64,000 nt of DNA from Octopus sinensis (Eukaryota), in the NCBI RefSeq assembly GCF_006345805.1, contig NC_043009.1:29946001-30010000 (forward strand), read 5' to 3'. The first letter of the stretch is position 1, and each line of letters opens with the position of its first letter. Positions 51,317 through 64,000 of this stretch are shown in pieces. The notes below the pieces were generated by a model, which did no database searches, was not told where the DNA came from, and saw only the letters and a program-made list of their open reading frames with translations. Position numbers and translations under genes: made by a program.

Positions 51317-54300
51317 ACGCGAGCATATTTTTTATACATAAATACATGTCTATTGGACAAAAAAACGTTTGATATATAATAAATATACATATACATTTAC
51401 GTGTATACATTCATAAATATATATACACTCTATACATAGACACATGCATATGGACATATATATCCACATGCGCATACTGAACCTCGTGTGATATGTGCTT
51501 GCATGGTATTTTTATTATATAATTATTTACTTATCAGTCTCTACCAAACCCAATTCAGCCATCATAATCTAGATCAAGGTCATGCGTAACTTTGGTCAAG
51601 TTTTCTCTACAGAGATTACTCTTCTTACGCGCTTAGTGTTGAGATGACGGGAAACATAACATATTCTAATACTTGCTAACATCAGCCAAGTTGGAGCCGT
51701 CTATAGAAACTTAGTTGTCCTTGTATACAGTCCACTTCGAGGTCTTATCTTGTTCAGGCTATAAATGAATGCTTACTACATATTCTGGAAAAATTACTTG
51801 GAAAAGACTGGTCAGCTCTCTCGTCGATGCTTTATGCTTTATAAACAATTTTCTGTCAAACCAGGGTTATGCCTGGAAGTTTACTAATTCGTCGGATTTA
51901 CAACGTAGTTATTATTTATTGTAAAACATGTAAATACATACATTGCACATTTGTATATATAATTTTATGTTTTGTATTTGAAACGTTTCTCTATATACGA
52001 CCGATGTTTCGTATTAAGGTCTTACCTCCAGAAGCAGATGAAGAAAGACAGAGAGAGAAAGAGGGAAAAGAGAAGCAGTGAGATAGACATTCAGTCAAAC
52101 AGACTGAAACAGAGTAAGAGAGAGACTTGAATATTTATTTGGATGGACGTAATGTGTTTTATCTAATCGCAATCTATGAAATATGACAGAAAGTGGTATA
52201 AACCTTCTATTTGTTGAATTTCAGTACAGCATTCTGCTGATGTCACTTTGGCTAGAATCAATCAATTAAGAGAATCTGAAAGAAAAAAATGTCTATTGGT
52301 TTCGTGATACGCTGTTTGTGACACTAAATCAAACAGGTTTTAGTTTAACGTATTAAATACATACCAGAGTACCAGATCATATTAATCAATATCCTAAAGC
52401 TCTGTCGGGTGGAATGTTGCCATAAACAGTCAGATGTTGAAAAAATTGTATAGCAGCATTTACTTTACATCCATCTATCTCCTTATTTCAAGTTCCGTCC
52501 TATTTATTTTGTTTTTACCTTTCCGTGACCCCAGAAAAATAATATTTGATGTTATTTATCTGATATTGTTAATTTTTGTTTTCATCTTACTTTAATTTAC
52601 ATCTCCACAAAGCAGAGGTTTCCATTTCGTACAAAGAGAATAATTTTACAAAAATTTTATATATATGGAACAGTATAAATCTGGAAATCATCTTTTCTAG
52701 CGACGTGTTACGATATGGGGCGGTGAATTTAGATTATGCAAATGAAAGCGGCCTGTTCAAATATATAATAAAAGGAATACAGTAGCTTCAAATCACATAC
52801 CAGGAAGTCGAAAAAGATCATATGTAATCAGCTATCTCCACACTGGCTTTGAGTTCATTAAGAGCTTAACCTATATGATGCGGTCTTAATTTTGCTCAGA
52901 GCAAACCGTTGTTTTTTTATTAGAAAATATTAACAAAGTTAACACACAGTAAATAACGTTATACGGCACTGGACAAATATCACAGATTTCTTCCAATTCA
53001 ATAGAAACACAAACTAATGGGTGGACAAGGCTGCACTAGGTTGTAGAATGAAACATGCGATAACAAAATGAATTTATGAATTACAATAACAATAATCCTT
53101 TCCAAAATATGAACGAGGCCAGAAATAGTTTTGGTAGAGATCAAAAAGTTAATTACATCAGCAGTAAATACTTTATTGTTAATTCAATTTAAAGATTAGT
53201 AAATATGAAAGGCAAAGATGACCTCAACAGTATTTGATCTCATAATATTGAAAGTCGGGACTAAAGACCGCAAGGAATTTGCTCAATTATCAAATGGTTC
53301 TATAAATGTGCTGTCCTAACTTCTAAAATAGACACAAGGCCATAACTATGTGTTTAGAATATAGTTGACTATATTGACTCTGAAGTCTTTCTTTGGTACA
53401 ATTTTATCGACTTCGGAAAGATAAAAAGCTAGGCAGGATTGCAAAAAGACTTAATTAAATATTTGCAGTTTCGTCCACAGTGGGTTCTGACGGATACTTA
53501 TTGAACAGCTTGTAGTAAAAGAAAAACCATTGAAAAGCCACATGAAAGATGTCGCTATTGAAAATATAAGCAAAAAAAAAAAGAAAAGAAAATGTCATAT
53601 ACACGCTGTAAAAGATTTCATGAAATAATATGATATGAAGATTTATTGATGACGTAAAGAGTTTGAGATTATTCAAATAACAAATTACTACACTGGAGGC
53701 AACTATGTATGGTTGCATATATGAAGGCTTGTTTGTGTATCAATGTGTGTAATGTTGGCACGTATACTGAATCGATGTGCATGTGACTCATTAAATACTC
53801 ATGAATTCAGGCATGCTTTCTTACTGCTGCCCTTTGTCTATTTACCAACTTTACGCAGACACGCACAAACACACACAAACAAGCACACACACACTATAGA
53901 TAGATAGATAGATCTGTGTGTGTGTGTGCATATATCTCCCCCTCTCTCTCGATATATATATATATATACATGCATGCACACATGCATAGAAATATATGTG
54001 TGGATATTTATTTTGCGTGCAAGAGGAGAGAAACGGTGATTTCAATCTAAATGCAACTCCATTGGTAATATGCAAGCTGTAGATATCCTAAAGGGTTTTC
54101 TAATGTTTCAACGAGTAATTTGCTAAATATTCGCTAATCAGTTTGGAACCAATATGATATCTCAATCCGCGTGATATCTGCAAAATTCATCACAGAATAT
54201 AAGCATAAATGCATCTTTCAGCATTTTATTGGATACCATATATTTACAAAAATCTACAATGATTTTTACATTTATTGTTCAATATTGACGTTAGATAAAT

Positions 54301-54480
54301 GTTTCAACACATATACCTTCCCACACAGAAATAGATGTGTAAATATGTACACATTTACGGCTGCATGTATTTGCAAATATGCATACATGCAAATCATGCT
54401 TCAACATAAATGCATCTAATTACTATATTCCTTTCCTGGTAAGCTAATGTAGCGTGTTTGAGCTTCCCTTCGTATACCTC

Positions 54481-54522
<42 letters not shown>

Positions 54523-54525
54523 CAG

Positions 54526-54599
<74 letters not shown>

Positions 54600-54764
54600 G
54601 TTTCTCCGTCTGTCTATCTATCTATCTATATGTCTTTCTATCTATCTATCCAGTTATCTATCTATCTACCCATCTATTTAGCAATCTATCTATCTCTCTC
54701 TCTCTCCCTTTCTCTCTCTCTTTCTTTCTCTCTCTCTCTCTCTCTCAATATATATATATATTTG

Positions 54765-55630
54765 AGGCAAATACAAAAATGGGACAAGAACTCAAAACAT
54801 CCAGACAATTAGGTGATACAAAAAAGGGGACAACAAAATATCCAGACAAGGAAATCAAGGACGGGTAATTCGTAGTTTTTTATCCTCAGTCGAATTCCAT
54901 ATTATCTTTGCAATTGCGACTGGTTATACTCGAGATTGCACCAAACTGGCCAGCCCCAAGGAAAAAATAATCGAAGATCATTAGATACATTGGAAGAATG
55001 CAGCGAATGTAAACGAAAACAAGGACAGAAAAAAGAGCGAAATGTTACACAAATACAAATTCAATTAACAGGACATAAGAACAGGTGCCTTTCGACTTGG
55101 GACGAATTAAATTAAGCTGGCGTGTGTGGAAGTAAAGCTTTACGGCAAGGACATTATATTTAACAGGCATAGGGAGGAATATAGATGTTGCACGGATGGT
55201 AGTCGAACCAAGAAAGAAAGGTCAGGCCTGGCCGAACAGTGGTCACGTGGAGAGAGAAGAGAGAGAGATAGAGGCAGAGGGATAGAAGACTTAAGAAGGG
55301 GCAAGAAAAAATGAAAGAGATAGTGACGTGAAAGAGGAGGGAAAGTGAACATAAGGAGAAGGCCAAGAAATGTCAGACAGGGGGAACGAAAGAACGAAGT
55401 GTGGAATGAACGAAGAGTGAAAGGGCTGATAGAAAGAAGGAAACAATGAAAGAATACAATGAATAATAGAGTCGTACAAAATTTAGATGTATATATACTT
55501 ACATATAAGAGACCAAAGTGTAGGTACGCCGCTGTATTTTATATATGAAAAATACAAAAAATAGATAAGAACGCAAAACATCCAGACAGTCAGGTAATAC
55601 AAACAAGGGACAACAAAATATCCAAACAGA
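54765..55630. mobile_element. Non-coding element bounded by about 75-bp direct repeats
   Basis: aagaactcaaaacatccagacaattaggtgatacaaaaaagggacaacaaaatatcca (about 54785-54845) recurs diverged at about 55567-55624; purine-rich interior. Confidence 0.5.
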
Positions 55631-57011
55631 CGAGAATATATATAATTATGCTCACCTGTACAACATTACAATCTTTACAAAGAAATAACCGATGTTCATT
55701 ACTCATGGAGATCCGGGGGTTTGAGGCAAAATTTATCTGGAAAGGGCTTTATCATTCCTTACTGCAGTAGAAACAAAACATTACTGAGCATCTAGTTGTA
55801 CCTTTTACTCTTTGTGTCACCGGAAAAGGTGTACATGTAGCATTTAGGAACACTATTTGTTCATCAAATATTATTTTTTTCATCCATTGTCCGAGGTTAT
55901 TCATGATATTACTAAAATCGGTGTTCCTTTAGAAGAATGAATAATAACGGTATCCACATCGAGATTCATGATTCATTTCAAACTACCCGTATCCTATTCG
56001 AGATTCATCATTTATTTCAAATCTTTCCTAAGCCCTTTTTCAATATGAAAAAAATGAGTATAAATTCTAACAAACGCAGACTGTCAAATATTCGAGGGGA
56101 AGATGTTAGACCAAAATGCTAACCTCAATGTGGTTGGTAAGCAAGTCACTTACCACACAGCCACTCCTATATATGTGTGAGTCTGTGTGTGTTTGTATAT
56201 ATATATATATATATATACTCTCACACAAACTTACATGCATGTGTGTGCATGAGTGAGTATGTCTTTGAGAGAGACCACGCCTGCAGCAACAACTACAGTA
56301 ATTGATAACCATGCTCTGAATCTACACAGAAACACCGACGCCCTCACGCGTATACACACGTAATTATAAATTATAAATTAATTGCTAAATTTTAATAGTA
56401 ATAATATAAGAAATTACAGTATCGCTATTTACTCTGAATGCGATATGTTTAAGATGCTCGAACGGCTGTTGTAGGTTGGTGGGTGGGGTAAGAATCGGCG
56501 TTGTTCTTTTGATATCTTAGGTTGGTACTTATAATGACTTTCATAATTTATTGTTAAACATTAAGCGTTAATATACGATTCATTCACGTCGTAAACATGA
56601 AGACATTGTGTGGTATTTGGTTATGATAGAGAGTCGCAGGTGTAGGAGTAGAGTGAAGGTTAAGTGAGGGGATGATTACATATGAAATGAATGCGCTGTC
56701 TATTGATAGCCGACTCTGTGTTGTGTGATGCGCTAAGTGGCTACTTTCTTTGAGCTGGCTACAAGGATCGAATTCTCTTAGGAAAACTGTTCAGATACTC
56801 TCATTCCGTATAATATTCTATACCACACATATACACACACACAAATACAAGCACAAAACACATATATACACACACACAAATACAAGCACAAAACACATAT
56901 TTATACACATACAGAAAGATATATTGTAGCTGTTTCCTGGGATCGACTTTTGGGCTAAAATTACATATGTAGTGCGTCAACATTTGCGGATTTCACAATG
57001 ATTATAGCTTA

Positions 57012-57400
57012 TACCCTTTTACTCTTTTACTTGTTTCAGTCATGTGACTGTGGCCATGCTGGAGCACCGCCTTTAGTCGATCAAATCGACCCCAGGACTT
57101 AATCTTTGTAAGCCTAGTACTTATTTTATCGGTCTCTTTTTTGCCGAACCGCTAAGTTACGGGGACGTAAACACACCAGCATCGGTTGTCAAGCGATGTT
57201 GGGGGGACAAACACAGACACACAAACGCGCACATACATACATATATATATATATACATATATATGACGGGCTTCTTTCAGTTTCCGTCTACCAAATCCAC
57301 TCACAAGGCTTTGGTCGGCCCGAGGCTATAGTAGAAGACACTCACTCAAGGTGCCACGCAGTGGGACTGAACCCGGAACCAAGTGGTTCGTAAGCAAACT
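57012..57400 (-). mobile_element. SINE family A, nearly full length
   Basis: As 39593-40008, missing only the extreme 5' end. Confidence 0.92.
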
Positions 57401-58143
57401 AAAAGAGGAATGCATGGGCGTTGCGCCATTTCATTGTTGCAACTGAAACTGTGATTGAGACCGGCATATTGCAGTATCTGGAGTATTTTGCGGTCCAATG
57501 AACCCAAGATTTGACCTGTACATAAATAAGAAAGAAACGACAAAACAAACGGGAAATATACATTTGTTTTAAATTTAATCGTAAAATTAAAAGCATTTTA
57601 CAAAACCTTGTGCACCACTCACTCTACTCCTATTTCTGCACGTCAGAATTGTTGATATTGATATTGAACCAAAAGACAAATCAAAGTTGGCTAGACTCTT
57701 AGAACATCTTAGCTCTTCTACTCACGTTAATTCACATATACGTTCGAATACCTGTATAAAAACAATTACATGTTATTTCATGGGTTGTGACCCTCCTAAG
57801 TTCATTTGAAATATAACAGGTGTTGGTATCTATTGATTAAGACATTCAGAATTTATTCGCCTGAAAGGTAAGTATTTGCTCGTTATGCTACTGACGAGCT
57901 AATAATGCACAACTTCTCCTTGCTACTGGCTTCCATTTCAATAGCGAGCCTCTGATATCACACCTCTAATATGACAGGCGGACACGGATACTGAGTCACA
58001 CACACCAAATCAAATGCAGACAGTAACACACACATACACGCACACACACGTTCATAAACACTTGTAGAGAAATAAACAAAAAGAAGCCTGATATATTACT
58101 GCATTTTGACAACTTTTTGATGAATTGTCAAAAGCCTTTGCAG

Positions 58144-58375
58144 TGCTTGTTCCGGCACTCTGGTGTCTGCATTGGAATCCCGTCGAAATCGGCATTACCG
58201 TTCATTATTTCTGCGTCGGAAGATTTGGGCTGATAGAATTGTAACCACAATGAAGAGCTTCTTTCAGAGTATCTTTTCCTTGCATTCTGAGTCCAAGAAT
58301 CCCCATACAATGATTGGTCTCTCTGTTGTGGAGGAACAGCCTCTTGTTTCTGATAAGGCCCCAGTGTCAGTCTAA
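58144..58375 (+). CDS. Candidate terminal coding exon ending ...DKAPVSV*
   Basis: ctttgcag acceptor at 58143, 76-codon open frame, GC-richer than the flanks, not a recognisable repeat; no homology recognised. Confidence 0.33.
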
Positions 58376-59683
58376 AATCATATCTTATTTATATCAATAA
58401 TAAGTGATGAACGCACTGAGCGTTGACAAACATGAGGGTAGATACAAACGAGAGGGTCGTTGAGTTTTTGTCACAAAGTTGCAACGTTTACGAAAACATA
58501 CCGTTGGTAAAATTGACTCCAACACCTAGTTGGTACCTATCGCATCGGCCCATGATGCATGAATCACAGAATCCACTTGGTGGATTCTGAACTCAAAGCT
58601 TACAGAGTGGTAATAATTTTTAAAAAATATTTTCTCTGGCACTTTATTTATTTTCTCTAGCTAGTCTTGAATTCAACCATTTTCTGTTTGTGTCACAAAA
58701 TTTCTCATTAAAAAGTAACAAAGATTAAAACGTCACACTCGAACCATAGACCCATAAAGGCCAGTTTCCTGAATTTTTTAGAGTACATATTCACCCGTTG
58801 AGCCAGCAGCAATACGTTGCTGCATTACTCATTCTTCCAGGTGAATGGACTGGAAAAGCGTGTTCTTTTGTTCAAGAACACAGCACATGTTTCGTTTGAG
58901 GAATGGGAACTACAATCTTATGATCATCAGTCCAACACACTAATCATTAATTCACACGCCTCCACATAGTATCAATTATTTAATTAATGTAAATAAATAG
59001 TAAATTTACTATCATAGTAAATTAATACATTACTAACATATTTGCTGACTCTGTTTAGGTTACAATCAAATTGTCTGACTTGGGACTAACCAATGTCTAC
59101 AAAGTTTCCAAAGCAACTAATGTAGGGTTCTTTGGCAATTCATTCTGGAACATACTTTATGCCTAAATTATTTTTGAACATTATTTCCTTTGTTAACTCA
59201 GAAATGTTTTGTGGTTTAAATAGCACCAAAATTAATATTTATTTAGCTAGTTAACATGGTCTAAAATTCAAGGCAATATCGTAGTTTTATATAAAATTGC
59301 TGATTAGTGGCGTTAATTCGATACTAATAATGAGAGGCCTAATACAAGAATTTTTAATGGAATATTCTTACCACTAGTTATTGTGCTTAAATTGTTTTAC
59401 TGCATTTATGTAATTTGCATAGAAACAGAGTAGAAATAGTAATGAGGAAAATAGCCGCCAGCAAAATATAAAAGAAGTACTAATTATATATTTAAATCTA
59501 AGATATTATATTGTTTTTCTCAGACCAGTAAACAGAGAGAAAGGCGTTAAGAAAGACAAAAGCTTACAACTTTACTTTTAACATAAAATGATGTTAAAAA
59601 AGTACAAGTGAACAAAGACGTATGCAACAAATCAATAAAAGTATTAAAAACTTCTTAAAATTGTAGGCTATTACAAGTGATGC

Positions 59684-59730
59684 TCATTACTGAGACGGCT
59701 AAATCAACCCGAAACATCGATGTTTGATGA
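59684..59730 (+). ncRNA. Minimal hammerhead relic with a 1-nt core deletion
   Basis: TCATTA-CTGA(del)GA-CGG(CTAAATCAA)CCC-GAA-ACATCGATGT-T-TGATGA: 6-bp helix I and 10-nt palindromic helix III. Confidence 0.5.
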
Positions 59731-60040
59731 TTCTTTTATATCACTCTGTGTCAGTTCGGTTTTTTTAACACAAGATCTTGTTTAACTGAAAAATATTATG
59801 GCTAATACCGTCCTGTTTGTTTAAACATTATACTTGTCGTTATAGCCTAGAGTATAATGTTGGGCAGAGCTACACAAAGTGGAGGTCCGCAGCCATCAGC
59901 TGCCGGTACGCGGCGAGTTTCCAGAAGAGAAAGAAACATTATAAAATGCTCATAAAATACCTGTGTAATATTGTGTTAATTATTTACAAAATAAATTAAA
60001 AATTAAAAAATTCTAAACTTTATTATGTTCATTATATATT

Positions 60041-60198
60041 GTTCAAATTCCGCCGAGGTCGACTTTGCCTTTCATCCTTTCGGGGTCGATAAATTAAGTA
60101 CCAGTTACGCACTGGGATCGATGTAATCGACTTAATCCGTTTATCTGTCCTTGTTTGAACCCTCTGTGTTTAGCCCCTTGTGGGTAGTAAAGAAATAT
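60041..60198 (+). mobile_element. SINE family B (5'-truncated)
   Basis: gttcaaattccgccgaggtcgactttgcctttcatcctttcggggtcgataaattaagtaccag...gtagtaaagaaata. Confidence 0.92.
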
Positions 60199-61281
60199 AT
60201 ATATTGTTTCCGGTATAAATTAATATTACTAAGAAATATTGCCGGTCCTGGTACATTGGGGAAAAAAAGACTGCTGGTACGCCACTTCAGATAGTTTGAG
60301 AAGCGCTGATGTAGGGGACAGACAAATAAGTGATGGTCAATGATCTAGACTTGTCGAAGCCACTGTTTATCAGATATTATTATGTGCTACCATCTGCACT
60401 TTTGTTTACAACAAACAATATAGAATCATAAAGGAAACAAAATAAAACAAAAATAATGATATAAACAGTTAAATTAGGGAAGAAACAATAAAATGAATAA
60501 AGAAGTAAGGAAGTGAGTCATTATGTACATACATGATTATGAACAGCGCAATTTCCAGAGAATTAAACTTCATTATACACAGAAGAAATGGTTTCAATAT
60601 TAGTGCGTTACGCATATTTATGAGTCACATGGTTATATCGTATGATTACGCACAGTCTGTATAAGTTAACGAAAGCAACTGTCCAATATTTATTGACCAG
60701 ACCGAGCGTCTAACTTTCTTTGACTAATCCTAGATTAGGAATTCAAATCAATTTCATTAATTACTCTCTAGTCCCCGATAAATATTCACGCCAAACTAAT
60801 TATTAAGCGTTTAATTTCATTTACCATATTGAGATGAAAGTTATTTCTGGCCAACACAAGTCCCAGTTTTTTTCCCCTTTATTAATATCAAAATATAATC
60901 CTTTCTTTCGATTCATCAAGATCAGAAGCCAAATAAAATACATATAATAAAAGACATCGTTCTTAAAGTGTGCCTTAGTCTATCGTTGCTGGCTTGTTTG
61001 ACGTAGGATTTGACCAGGGCCTTATATGCTGAGTAGACATTAATTAGATACATAGTGTTGTCGTTGTTTAAAGTAGGGAATACGCCGAAATCAGTAGACT
61101 GGGTCTCGTTTTCTGTGGATACAGACTTAAATCTGGTTAGAGATATGATGACCTCTTGATAAACTATCTACTATGGTGTGCAGATCTTCGTAAAATAAGA
61201 GTTAGTATTGTTTGAAGTTAGCAATTTGTCATAATGCCTTCTTTATCATATATGGATAAACTATCCATAATTTGCAGGAGA

Positions 61282-61680
61282 ACGATAGCGTCTTATAAAG
61301 CTAGATTTATATATCCTAAAATTGCAGAAGAATTTGTCGCTAGGCAGTTTTTTTTAGCTTAATAGTAAAGCACTAGCCGCATAATCACAGGGAAGCGAGT
61401 TCGAGTCTCAAGGCTGGCCGCCGACAGATGTTTCAGCAAAATATGGATAATTTATTCTGTTCATACTATATTATTAGCATTATCCTCCGTTTGAGAATAA
61501 AGTTGTTTCCTTATCTCTATCTTTCAATACAATATGTTAGTTGAATTTACCGTACGATAGCGTCTTATGAATCTAGGATTATGTATCCAAAAATTGCAGG
61601 AGAATTTGTCGCTGGGCAGTTTAGCTTGATGGTAAAGCACTTGATGCGTGAGTTCAAGTCGCATGGCTGCCCGCCTACAG
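61282..61680 (+). pseudogene. Two diverged direct copies (period 272) of a unit ending in a tRNA-like sequence
   Basis: acgatagcgtcttat...aattgcag.agaatttgtcgct.ggcagttt at 61282 and 61554; each is followed by A-box TAGCTT.AT.GT, D-stem GCTT/AAGC, and B-box GTTCGAGTC or GTTCAAGTC. Confidence 0.5.
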
Positions 61681-61796
61681 AGAAGATTGCATTGTTTATA
61701 CCTTTTATTCTTTTGAATAAGTATCAGTGGAATTTTTGAAACATATGTAGAAAGAAAAGATACTTGTTTAAACCTGCGTTGACTCCATTTTTTATT

Positions 61797-61833
<37 letters not shown>

Positions 61834-61883
61834 CATGCTAAAGTGCGAGCAAGAGAGAAAATATTCTTATGATTATAAACCTA

Positions 61884-61988
61884 GAAAAGTACAGGACAAG
61901 TCATTACAATTGGAAAAGTTCAGGACAAGTCGTTACAATTGGAAAAGTTCAGGACAAGCTATTACAACTGCTAAAGTGCAGAACAAGG
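61884..61988. repeat. 29-bp minisatellite, about 3.5 units
   Basis: gaaaagt(a/t)caggacaagtc(a/g)ttacaattg in direct tandem. Confidence 0.85.
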
Positions 61989-62305
61989 ACATTTTCACTT
62001 AAAATATTGCAGCTAAGGATAAAATTTCAAATAAAATATTTAGATTTAGAAAATATTAGATTATATTAGGAGTGAAAAAATATTACAAGTTATTACTTTC
62101 ATTTGTTATTAATTGTTGCTTCTATTAAAAATAAAAATAACTCCATTAAAGTATTTTTTGCACTTTAAAAAAATTCATTTTCGGAATTATTAATTTATAA
62201 TTAGAAATTTGAAAATAGGTTATAAAGAATACTAGTAGTTGATAATTAGTACAATGAATAGAACAATACAAAAATTAGTTATATATTACAGTAAAATCTA
62301 ACTAT

Positions 62306-62636
62306 CTTAAAAAAAGACTCCGCCGGTTACGACGACGAGGGTCCCAGCTGATACGATCAAGGGAACAGCTTGCTCGTGAAATTAACGTGCAAATGGCTGA
62401 GCATTCCACAGACACGTGTACCCTTAACGTAGTTCTCGGGGATAATCAGCGTGACACAGAGAGTGACAAGGCTGACCCTTTGAAATACAAGTACAACTCA
62501 TTTTTGCCAGCTGAGTGGACTGGAGCAACGTGAAATAAAGTGTCTTGCTCAAGGACACAACGCGTCGCCGGGAATCGAACTCACAACCTTACGATCATGA
62601 GCCGAATGCCCTAACCACTAAGCCACGCGCCCTCAC
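62306..62636 (-). mobile_element. tRNA-derived SINE, head type D with tail Y, 13-bp TSD
   Basis: TSD AAAATCTAACTAT at 62293-62305 and 62637-62649; head as in 6093-6407, tail as in 13946-14326. Confidence 0.92.
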
Positions 62637-63319
62637 AAAATCTAACTATAACAACTAATTCACAGTAAAATTTGCTTGATGTATTACCTAAATTATTGCC
62701 TAGTCTTCACATTTTTAGACTTGACCCAATGCCTGTTTTTTACATAATGAATTTGCCTGCTGTATATACTATTCTACTTTGCGTAAAACTTTTGCTATAT
62801 TGGTACTTCTGGATCTAATTTTTTAAGTATTCTAGTGTGTCATTATTTCAACAAAATGACGGTACCGTTTTACAATTATAATGTTACTTTGTAAATTAAA
62901 ATCTAATAATTCTTAATATTCAAATTTTATCCTTAGCTGCATTAATTTAAAGAAAGATTTTCTTTTTCTCTACTTTACCAGATGTACTAGCTTGTAATAA
63001 CTTGTCCTGTATTTTTACATGTTTATAATCTTAAGAATATTATTTCTCTTACCCTGCACTTTTCCATATAATCAATGTTTTTTCCTGGTTATGCTTCTAT
63101 GATAATTAACAATGTGTGTCAAATATGTGTCAATTAGTGGTGTTGCTGATAATATTTTCGTTACCTCAATGATGCCGGTGACATATATTTAAAATCACCT
63201 TATATATTCATAAAAATGTACAGAACTATATTATCAACCTCAAATTTGAGAAACAAACTCCCAAACTTTTTTTGCCCTTAAAACTTCATTGCCTGAGATT
63301 GCTGCCATGAATTGAGCCG

Positions 63320-63540
63320 TAACATTTAAGCATTTTATACAGGATATGTGCTGTTCCTATAAGCACTATCTTTTGAATTTCTGACATTTTGGGGTTTCCT
63401 GTATCTGAGACAGGTATCAATCAGCCCCTTTTGCTATCCTTCCTAGGGCACCAATGACAACAGGTATTGTTTCAGTCTTCACGTTCCACATTTTTCCAAT
63501 ATCAATTTCGAGAGCTTTATACTTGCTCATTATTTTTATT
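63320..63540 (-). pseudogene. R4/Dong-type RLE C-terminal fragment
   Basis: MSKYKALEIDIGKMWNVKTETIPVVIGALGRIAKGAD and a downstream GTAHIL. Confidence 0.75.
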
Positions 63541-63550
63541 ATTATTATCT

Positions 63551-63581
<31 letters not shown>

Positions 63582-63633
63582 CAGCAGCAGCAGTAGCAGC
63601 ACCAGCAGCAGTAGTAGTAGCAGTAGTGGTAGT

Positions 63634-63668
<35 letters not shown>

Positions 63669-63692
63669 TAGCAGTAGTAGTTTTATAATAAT

Positions 63693-63908
63693 AAAGCGGT
63701 GAGCTGGCAAAATCATTAACGCGCCCGATAGAGATAGTGGGATTCCTTCCTGCTTCTTCACCTTGTGGGTTCAAATGCCACCGATGTCGACTTTATATTC
63801 CGTCCTTTCGGGTTCGTTAAAATAAGTACAAATTGTTCCCTGGTCTTGTCGGGATCGACATAAACCTTCCAATAAAATTACTGGCCTTGGTAGCAAAATT
63901 TGAAATCA
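63693..63908 (+). mobile_element. SINE family B, diverged
   Basis: gcggtgagctggcaaaatcattaac...gggttcaaatgccaccgatgtcgacttt...cctttcggg. Confidence 0.75.
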
Positions 63909-64000
63909 TTACATTAGCATCAGCAACGGCAGCTGCACCAGCAGCATCAGTTGTAGTGGTTATACTAGTGGCATAGTAGCAGCAGCAGCAGCAGCAGTAG

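Noticed and set aside
56330-56620. Second Penelope 3' end (ESHYKYQPKI on the minus strand)
   Set aside because: Only a short motif resemblance, with no upstream GIY-YIG sequence and no hammerhead found.
57880-57915. CTGACGA-GC(TAATAAT)GC motif
   Set aside because: Followed by ACAAC instead of GAAA, with no helix I or helix III.
61884-61988. CRISPR-like 29-bp repeats
   Set aside because: Units are directly adjacent with no unique spacers, in eukaryotic DNA with no cas genes.
63417-63761. 114-aa ORF as one protein
   Set aside because: It is a chimera of a SINE, trinucleotide repeats and an RLE retrotransposon fragment.

Overview
AT-rich, microsatellite-saturated eukaryotic DNA with no recognisable intact protein-coding gene. 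The SINE families and repeat density look like an octopus (coleoid cephalopod) intronic or intergenic region; that taxon call is from recall, not a search. Nearly all ORFs in the track are translations of (TA)n, (CA)n, (TATC)n or trinucleotide repeats. The window holds many tRNA-derived SINEs and decayed LINE fragments (R4/Dong-type, RTE, L1/Tx1, CR1/L2-like). It also holds two Tc1/mariner relics, a hAT relic, a 446-bp MITE with an 8-bp TSD and internal (CCCTAA)n, and a 5'-truncated Penelope-like element (GIY-YIG pseudogene plus 3' terminal region). The main observation is a ribozyme-bearing repeat system. At 885-2564 a non-coding repeat with a 459-482 bp monomer occurs in tandem and inverted copies inside (TA)n tracts. 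Three copies carry a type I hammerhead ribozyme fold, and helix I covaries between the two diverged subfamilies, as expected for a non-LTR retrozyme. The Penelope element is also (TA)n-flanked and carries a minimal hammerhead with a compensated U3-A8 core. A further intact solo minimal hammerhead and three decayed ones lie elsewhere. All folds were read by eye and no activity is demonstrated. A few weak candidate exons on the + strand are noted at low confidence.
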